Below are positions 1 to 6,407 of a stretch of DNA of 13,085 nucleotides, one piece after another. This DNA comes from Candidatus Poribacteria bacterium. GTDB taxonomy: Bacteria > Poribacteria > WGA-4E > UBA9662. The notes beneath the pieces are model-generated. The model was not told the origin of the DNA, searched no databases, and saw only the letters and a program-made list of their open reading frames with translations. A program made the position numbers and the translations under genes. The first letter of the stretch is position 1. The number at the start of each line of letters is the position of its first letter. The stretch is from NCBI GenBank assembly GCA_046582655.1, contig JAYGDX010000050.1:1-13085 (forward strand), given 5' to 3'.

Positions 1-2
1 AC

Positions 3-164
3 AAAGATTTATACAAAATGCGCCATAGAGTCGAAAATGCTTTCTTGCATCTTAAACGGTGGCGTGGAATCGCCACACGTTATTGTAAAAATTCAGACTC
101 TTTTTTAGCCGCCATTCATATACGATGTATATTTTTATGGGATACTCGTGACTACACTATCTAG
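3..164 (+). mobile_element. IS5-family transposase, C-terminal part (runs off the left edge), with probable right end of the element
   Basis: Frame from nt 3 reads KDLYKMRHRVENAFLHLKRWRGIATRYCKNSDSFLAAIHIRCIFLWDTRDYTI*. This matches the IS5 (IS427-like) C-terminal signature Y-x2-R-x2-VE-x2-F-x2-LK-x-WRGIATRY-x-K. It ends in GTGACTACACTATC-TAG (148-164). Confidence 0.88.
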
Positions 165-205
165 TAGACAAGGTTTTTTCCAACCTTACTCAAAGCTCTG
201 AGAAC

Positions 206-280
206 TCAGAGTTGTTTAGAAGCAGTGCCCATAATATGATAACCGTTGTCTACATGTAAGATTTCTCCTGTGATAACCTT
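206..280 (-). pseudogene. fabI: Relic of the C-terminus of an enoyl-ACP reductase (FabI-like SDR)
   Basis: Minus-strand frame reads KVITGEILHVDNGYHIMGTASKQL*, matching the FabI terminal motif (I/V)TGE-x2-HVD-x-GY-x-IMG. The upstream frame does not resemble an SDR and hits a stop within about 25 codons. Confidence 0.6.
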
Positions 281-600
281 GTTGGGATTGGTCAGTACCC
301 GCCCGCCTGATACTCTGTAGGGGGAGAACAATCCAACGGGGACTTTCCCTTACTCGCGCAAACGGATATCAGCATACGCCACGGCGGTACATACAAAACA
401 TCGGATAATTTTCCAGCGCAAAAGATCAGCTTCCAAGACAGCGTAACCCCACAGTACATCCCCCATCCAGAAGGGTGTAGCCTGAGATAGACTGGTTGGT
501 TGCTAGCTGATTCGTCAAGGCCAATTTCTGTTAGCAACCTCACTGCTTTACCCTGATGTGGCAATCGTGATAGAATGCCTAAGCTAGTGCTACAACTTGA

Positions 601-753
601 GGCTCCTATCCATGTAAAGATATTGAGTTGGCTCAATGCCTTCACTAAGAACTGGAAGCCAGAGACCGTGAGCCCTGAGTGGACTGATAGGAGATTCCTC
701 CCACTTCCGAATAGCTGGATGAAGTCTGTGTCAGGATTCATCTAGCGGGCTAA
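601..753 (+). pseudogene. Decayed N-terminal part of a bacterial TIR-domain (TIR_2-like) protein
   Basis: Frame +1 reads GSYPCKDIELAQCLH*ELEARDREP*VD**EIPPTSE*LDEVCVRIHLAG*. It aligns by eye to the TIR_2 pattern SYSRKD-x-EF-x2-RLH-x2-LEARG-x3-WVDWE-x-IPPT-x-EWL-x-EI. There are five internal stops, three of them at expected Trp positions. Confidence 0.65.
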
Positions 754-896
754 ACAGCAGCTATAGCAATATATCCGCACCTATCAGCCTCTACTGTAGG
801 CAGGTAAACAGATGGATTTCAAGGACATTCTACATCATAGGTAAGCAACAATTTACCTATATGGTTCAGTAGATTCTCTAACGTAACATGCCGTAG

Positions 897-1478
897 CTAT
901 CCCGAAAAAGTCTTCAGATCCTTTGAACTACAGTTACAAGTGGCAATCAGGCTCAATCGCGCCTTTTTAAAAGCTGGCTTTTCACCGTATGAGCGCTCAC
1001 CTATAGCTGATCGTCCTCTCCAGACTGAGATGTTATTATCAATTCCAGTTTCATCATAATAGATTAAATCTTCCGGGCTGAGTTTGTTCATCTTAGCATT
1101 AAAAAGATCTCTCTTCGTTTCATCAGTTTCTTCGTACTCGGCTGTTTTTTTATAGCTAATTTTCATTCTTTTTAATGTGTCGTAAAAAGTAGATAATACT
1201 AACTCTGGCACGACAGAGTCACTGATCTCAATGCCATCTGCATCCGGGTTAAACGCAATATAGTCTAATATAGACTGCCTATCATTAAATCGTGCCTGAT
1301 GACCATAATTCACCCCTTGCCGTGATTCATCAGAACCTGTTTCATGATATGGTTTGATCCAGGCACATACTGTTTCATAGCAAATTCTATGCATGCCGGC
1401 AATTTCTGTTTTCTTCAGCAGACCTTCTTTGTTAATCTCAATTACTCTATCATGTAAATCTAAGCTATATGTTCCGAT
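897..1478 (-). mobile_element. Truncated IS630-family transposase (pseudogene)
   Basis: The ORF at 897-1394 extends in frame to 1478: (I)GTYSLDLHDRVIEINKEGLLKKTEIAGMHRICYETVCAWIK, an IS630 HTH of the YSLDLRxRV type. It continues MKISYKKT, LIYYDETGID (first catalytic D) and ARLSLIA. The presumed start codon is ATC, and the DN-x3-H and LNPIE motifs are absent. Confidence 0.85.
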
Positions 1479-1544
1479 GGATATGTGTACGGTATGAGTT
1501 CAAAACTCGAATCCTCCACAATGATAGGATGACTGAGAGAGGAA

Positions 1545-1730
1545 ATGTCAAGAAATCAAAACAGTGAAATTATTAAAAAAATCGACAAATCTAAGATCCT
1601 AGCGGTTAAGGAAGCCTGTGCTCACCTTCTTCTAAACTGCGGCAAGGGCACCGACGTCATCGAGTCCTCTACCAAATTCGGTTGCAACGGAGCTACCTTT
1701 AAGACCAGCGAGGATGGCAACGATGTGTAG
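1545..1730 (+). CDS. Small hypothetical ORF or gene remnant (61 aa)
   Basis: ATG is preceded by purine-rich GAGAGAGGAA. No firm family match, only a faint resemblance to a GAPDH segment. Confidence 0.25.
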   Translation: MSRNQNSEIIKKIDKSKILAVKEACAHLLLNCGKGTDVIESSTKFGCNGATFKTSEDGNDV

Positions 1731-2204
1731 TTGGGATACAGTTACAAAGTAAACCTTTCAAAAATTTTAATCGTTGCTTAAAATTGGTTCGCGACGCTGT
1801 CTTCCTCAATCGATTATCCCAAGTCACATAATTATTTACGAACTAGTCGTAAGACGCCAGTTTTCCATGAAAATGCCAAATTATTTCTTAAATTTAAATT
1901 TCACTCGACTAAAGATGATTTTAAGGAAAGTGCAAATTGCTGATTACGCTCGGACATGCAGTAGTTTTTTGCCCAATGCAACTTGATTTAGCAAGGTCCA
2001 AACTTCTCTAATTTCAAGCTCTTGTTTCTACCCGCAGCTCCACAATTCCTTATTAAGATGGATCTTCTAGTTTCTGGTGAATCTATGCGCCTCAAAATGC
2101 CTGCACCTATTGCCAAGAAATTATAAAGATGTTGCAGGAAGAGACAAAGTTATTGTAAGACATTTATAAAGAAACATAGTTAGCTTAGCGAGGTTTTAAA
2201 GAAA

Positions 2205-3191
2205 ATGAGCGTTGTAACCGAAGGACAAAATACCGATCAATTTAAAGATTTTGGAGTCAAATTGATCAATGAGGTCAACAAGATACTAGTTGGTCAGGAG
2301 ACCATGATCAATCGATTGTTAACGGGAATGTTGGCTGGAGGCCATGTGTTGATAGAAGGAATGCCTGGTTTGGCAAAAACAACCGCGGTTAAAGTGCTGG
2401 CAGAGGCCATTGATACGGGATTCTCTCGCATCCAATTTACTCCTGATATGCTGCCGGCAGATGTGATTGGAACAGAAATATTCAATCCAAAAGAAGCAAC
2501 TTACAGCATAAAAAAAGGACCTATTTTCTCTAATCTTGTCTTGGCTGATGAAATTAACCGAGCTCCGGCCAAGGTTCAGGCAGCCCTGTTGGAAACCATG
2601 CAGGAACGCCAGGTAACCATAGGCGGTCAAACCTATAAGATGGATCAACCTTTCATGGTATTAGCTACTCAAAACCCCATTGAGCAGGAAGGAACCTATC
2701 CTTTACCAGAAGCACAGATTGACCGTTTTATGTTGAAGATCAAAGTGGGTTATCCCAGTAAGGATGAAGAACGTAAAATACTGGACCGCATGGCCGGTGG
2801 TCAGACAGAACCAGTTATTAACAAAGTAACTTCTCCTGAAGAAATTTTTGCTGCCCAACAAATGGTTGATCAGGTGTTTGTCGATGACAAGGTGAGAAAT
2901 TATATCGTGGACGTAGTGCAGGCCACGCGAGTTGAATCAGGTGATAATCCGGCAGGCGTGGAAGGCATGATTGAGCATGGTGCCAGTCCTCGTGCTTCAA
3001 TTTACTTAATGCAAGGCGCTAAAGTCCATGCCTTTTTGCAAGGTCGGAATTATGTAACTCCCCACGATGTCAAAACGTTGGTGCCGGATGTGCTTCGCCA
3101 TCGCATTATGCTGAGTTATGAAGCTGAGGCGGAAGGTAAATCCCCGGAAGGTATCATTCAGACAATTCTTGATTCTGTTTTAGTGCCTTAG
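2205..3191 (+). CDS. moxR: MoxR-family AAA+ ATPase (MoxR Proper subfamily)
   Basis: Walker A GMPGLAKT, RIQFTPDMLPADVIG, Walker B LVLADEINRA, ATQNPIEQEGTYPLPEAQIDRF and GASPRAS. GAGG at 2190-2193 is a likely RBS. Confidence 0.97.
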   Translation: MSVVTEGQNTDQFKDFGVKLINEVNKILVGQETMINRLLTGMLAGGHVLIEGMPGLAKTTAVKVLAEAIDTGFSRIQFTPDMLPADVIGTEIFNPKEATYSIKKGPIFSNLVLADEINRAPAKVQAALLETMQERQVTIGGQTYKMDQPFMVLATQNPIEQEGTYPLPEAQIDRFMLKIKVGYPSKDEERKILDRMAGGQTEPVINKVTSPEEIFAAQQMVDQVFVDDKVRNYIVDVVQATRVESGDNPAGVEGMIEHGASPRASIYLMQGAKVHAFLQGRNYVTPHDVKTLVPDVLRHRIMLSYEAEAEGKSPEGIIQTILDSVLVP

Positions 3192-3206
3192 TTCTGGAGT
3201 TCGTTG

Positions 3207-4193
3207 ATGTTAGCAAGTGAAATTATCAGGCGTGTCAGGGAAATCCATGTACGTACCGGCCGTCAGGTAGCTGATGTTCTGGCCGGGGAATATATTTCTG
3301 CGTTTAAGGGGGGAGGCATCGAGTTTGACGAAGTGAGGCCCTATGTTCCTGGCGATGATGTTCGTTCCATCGATTGGAATGTGACTGCGCGGGTTGGTCA
3401 GCCTTATGTAAAACGCTATGTTGAAGAAAGACAGCTCACCTTGATGCTAATGGCGGATATTTCACCCTCGCAAGATTTCGGTTCAAGTGAACGTAGTAAA
3501 CGGGACGCTGCCGCAGAATTCTGTGCCTTGCTCGCCTTTTCAGCTATTCAAAATGACGACAAAGTGGGATTGTGTTTATTCCATGGTGACATCGAACAAT
3601 TTATTCCGCCGCGCAAAGGGCAAAAGCATGCTTTGCGTGTAGTTCGTGAAGTATTGGCCCATGGACAAGATACCCCAGAAAGCTGGGAGAGAAGTGGTAA
3701 TCAAGACCCAAGCTTATGGCAGCGTCTGTTCAAAAATTGGCGAACAGAAAAAGGTGGAAAGCACTTAAGAACTGCAAATCATGGCACCGATATTGGCCAA
3801 GCTATGGAATTTCTCCTTTCAGTTTCAAAAAGAAAATCTGTCTGCTTTCTAGTGAGCGATTTCTTAGATGATGACTACCAGCATGCGTTAATGACAGCCA
3901 ATCGCAAACATGATGTTATAGCTGTTCTTATTACCGATCCCAGAGAATTAGAAATGCCTGGAGTTGGTTTAATTGCCCTTAAAGATTCTGAAAACAGTGT
4001 TACTCGCCTCTATGACACAAGTTCGAGATCTTTTAAGGAGTCAATGTCTTCAGCTGGCAAAGAGCGTGTTACAAGTTTAGAGCGAAATTTGCGAAGGAAG
4101 GGAATTGATTTTATCCATATTGATGCATCGGGATCAGTGGTTGATCCCGTAGTGAATTTTTTTCGGATGAGGGAAAAAAGGTTGCGTCGATGA
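3207..4193 (+). CDS. DUF58 domain protein (vWA-like MoxR partner)
   Basis: FKGGGIEFDEVRPYVPGDDVRSIDWNVTAR, YVKRYVEERQL, DISPS (DxSxS) and VSDFL. GGAG at 3196-3199 favours ATG 3207 over TTG 3204. Confidence 0.95.
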   Translation: MLASEIIRRVREIHVRTGRQVADVLAGEYISAFKGGGIEFDEVRPYVPGDDVRSIDWNVTARVGQPYVKRYVEERQLTLMLMADISPSQDFGSSERSKRDAAAEFCALLAFSAIQNDDKVGLCLFHGDIEQFIPPRKGQKHALRVVREVLAHGQDTPESWERSGNQDPSLWQRLFKNWRTEKGGKHLRTANHGTDIGQAMEFLLSVSKRKSVCFLVSDFLDDDYQHALMTANRKHDVIAVLITDPRELEMPGVGLIALKDSENSVTRLYDTSSRSFKESMSSAGKERVTSLERNLRRKGIDFIHIDASGSVVDPVVNFFRMREKRLRR

Positions 4194-5383
4194 TTTTTCG
4201 TAATTCATTCTTTTTAAGAGCCGTTTTTGCCGCGTTATGTTTCCCATTGTTTTCGATTTATACGCTTTACGCAGACAATCACGATTTGGCGGATGAAAGT
4301 GGCCAAGAAAGTAAGAAAAAAAACGTTAATGTTAAAGGTACGGGGCCTGATCTTATTCAAAACTCAATCCAGCGAGGTCCTGTAAAGGTAACTGTTAAAC
4401 TGCAGCCATCGAAGCCTGTTATAGGTGATATCTTAACGTTAACGCTTGAAGTTAGTGCGGAAGAAGGCGTTGAATTGCTGATGCCGGAGTTTGGCCAGTC
4501 CATGGAACGATTCAATATTGTGGATTTTGTGCCTAGGAAGAGTATTGATGATGACGGTCGTTCCTTGGCCACTCATCGGTATCGACTGCAAACGCCTAGT
4601 TCTGGCGTCCACGCCATTCCTTCACTAATGATTGAGTTTGTAGATCGTCGGCCAGGAAATCCTATGGCTCCGGAAGGTGAAGATGCATACGAGGTGTTAA
4701 CAGAGAGGCTTGAATTTAATGTTGAATCTGTTGTGCCAACGGGGGTAGCGGATGAGATGAAAGCGCCGTTGCGGGAGTTAGCGCCTGTAGGTGCCGGTAA
4801 AGCCAAGCTATGGGTGGGTTTAATTTTGACACTGCTCTTTTTATCACTAGGGCTCCCATTTGCTTGGCGAGGTTGGCAACAACATCGGATTCGTAGTCGT
4901 CGGCGAAGTGCATTTGATATTGCTTATAGTCGATTAAATAAATTGAGGTTGGGACCAAATCCAGAGGGCGATGAAGTGAGCGCTTTTTTTGTCGAGCTTT
5001 CAGATATCGTTCGTCATTATTTGGAAGATCGCTTTGATCTACATGCACCGGAATTAACAACTGAAGAATTTTTGGAAGTAGCAGCGACTTCACCGGATTT
5101 GACTTCTGAACATAAGAGTTTCTTGCAGGAATTTTTACGTCAAGCAGACCAGGTTAAGTTTGCCCGGCATATTCCAGGTGCTGAATCGATTAATAAAGCT
5201 TTACGTTCAGCAACCAATTTCCTCGAACAAACAAAACAGGACGCCCCGTTGTTGGATGAGTCATCTGCTTCTCGATCTCCCAATATGCGGAGAAGATCTA
5301 AATCAGAATCAACTTTAAATGCTGTTCCCAGAGAAGAAGCAATAATGGCCGGAGGGGGAAAAAAGGAAGGGGGATATGGTTAG
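4190..5383 (+). CDS. Bat-operon accessory membrane protein (signal peptide, beta-rich BatD-like domain, one TM, helical C-terminal domain)
   Basis: N-terminal hydrophobic signal, beta-strand-like region (PVIGDILTLTLEV...GVHAIPSLMIEF), TM LWVGLILTLLFLSLGLPFAW followed by an Arg-rich stretch, then FFVELSDIVRHYLEDRF-x3-APELTTEEFL and ADQVKFA. This layout is typical of the gene between DUF58 and batA. ATGA overlap with the upstream gene. Confidence 0.85.
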   Translation: MIFRNSFFLRAVFAALCFPLFSIYTLYADNHDLADESGQESKKKNVNVKGTGPDLIQNSIQRGPVKVTVKLQPSKPVIGDILTLTLEVSAEEGVELLMPEFGQSMERFNIVDFVPRKSIDDDGRSLATHRYRLQTPSSGVHAIPSLMIEFVDRRPGNPMAPEGEDAYEVLTERLEFNVESVVPTGVADEMKAPLRELAPVGAGKAKLWVGLILTLLFLSLGLPFAWRGWQQHRIRSRRRSAFDIAYSRLNKLRLGPNPEGDEVSAFFVELSDIVRHYLEDRFDLHAPELTTEEFLEVAATSPDLTSEHKSFLQEFLRQADQVKFARHIPGAESINKALRSATNFLEQTKQDAPLLDESSASRSPNMRRRSKSESTLNAVPREEAIMAGGGKKEGGYG

Positions 5384-6407
5384 TTCAATTGGTTGGGAAT
5401 TCCGTGATCCTTTATTTCTGTTACTTGGTTTTTTTGCACCTTTGGTCTATTGGTTGGCGATTCGTATTCCATCTTCAGTAACTTACTCTAGTCTTGTATT
5501 GCCAGACTCGGCTCGGCGAACCGCGCGTGTATATTTTTCGCAGTTGCCGGCAGTACTACTTTCAATAGCTGCATTGTGTATTGCGTTTGCCCTAGCTGGT
5601 CCTCGAACTGGGGACGCAACCACGAAAATTAAAAAGGAGGGGATTGCCCTCATTATGGCCATGGATCGCTCAGGTTCTATGGACGCTCGGGACTTTGTGG
5701 AAGGTGATTATAGCGTAAGCCGCCTGGAAGCGCTTAAGAGTGTGTTTAGAGAATTTGTTTTGGGTGGCCAGTCGGGGGAAGGTAGACCCAATGACCTTGT
5801 TGGTATTGTAAGCTTTGGTACTTACGCGGATGGTGTCTGTCCACTTACACTGGATCATAGCAATTTGGTTTCTATAATGGACGATATAAAAGTGGCAACT
5901 CATCAAACGGAGGCTGCTACAGCTATAGGCGAAGGCCTGGCATTATCAGTGGAACGTCTACTCCATCATGAATCAAAATCCAAAGTAGTAGTGCTCCTCA
6001 CCGATGGTGTTAACAATGCTGGAGTGATACAACCCCTGCATGCGGCAGACTTAGCAGCTGCAAATGACATTAAGGTCTATACTATTGCTGCTGGTATCAC
6101 TGGATTGGCTCCGATGCCAGTAACTATGAAGGACGGAAGGGTATCTCTGCGAAGAGCTAGGGTCGAAATTGATGAACAGGCTTTAAGAGATATCGCAGTG
6201 AGAACCGGTGGGAAGTATTTCCATGCTCGAGATGCCGATGGGCTAAAAGAAGTATACAAAGAAATAGACGAATTAGAACGTAGCGAAATAACTGAAATTC
6301 GTTATTTGCAGTATCGTGAACATTACAGTGTTTTTGTACTTGTAGCTCTGATACTGATCGCTGTATCCATGTTGTCTGGGGGCACGGTATTGCGGAGGTT
6401 ACCATGA
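5376..6407 (+). CDS. batA: BatA-like vWA-domain membrane protein
   Basis: N-terminal F-x2-P double-TM BatA domain ending ALAGPR, MIDAS DRSGS, CPLTLDH, TAIGEGL, VLLTDGVNNAG, IKVYTI, TGGKYFHA and a C-terminal TM. Confidence 0.92.
   Translation: MVSSIGWEFRDPLFLLLGFFAPLVYWLAIRIPSSVTYSSLVLPDSARRTARVYFSQLPAVLLSIAALCIAFALAGPRTGDATTKIKKEGIALIMAMDRSGSMDARDFVEGDYSVSRLEALKSVFREFVLGGQSGEGRPNDLVGIVSFGTYADGVCPLTLDHSNLVSIMDDIKVATHQTEAATAIGEGLALSVERLLHHESKSKVVVLLTDGVNNAGVIQPLHAADLAAANDIKVYTIAAGITGLAPMPVTMKDGRVSLRRARVEIDEQALRDIAVRTGGKYFHARDADGLKEVYKEIDELERSEITEIRYLQYREHYSVFVLVALILIAVSMLSGGTVLRRLP

Noticed and set aside
211..230. Minus-strand GGCACTGCTTCTAAAC resembling an IS6-type terminal repeat
   Set aside because: It is explained as codons G-T-A-S-K of the FabI-like tail, and no partner repeat was seen.
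292..741. 149-aa minus-strand ORF
   Set aside because: No recognisable motif, and it overlaps the TIR-like relic on the opposite strand; probably a chance open frame.
601..753. Alternative genetic code (TGA=Trp) as the explanation for the TIR stops
   Set aside because: TAG and TAA stops also occur in the same frame, and the operon genes use TGA as a normal stop and TGG for Trp.
837..860. Inverted repeat ATAGGTAA-N8-TTACCTAT
   Set aside because: AT-rich 8-bp stem with no U-tract and no second copy; cannot be assigned as a terminator or operator.
1774..1986. 70-aa ORF with TTG start
   Set aside because: No RBS or motif, and composition resembles AT-rich intergenic DNA.
2100..2200. Sigma70-like promoter for the moxR operon
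   Set aside because: A promoter is expected here, but the candidate -35/-10 pairs are weak and ambiguous.
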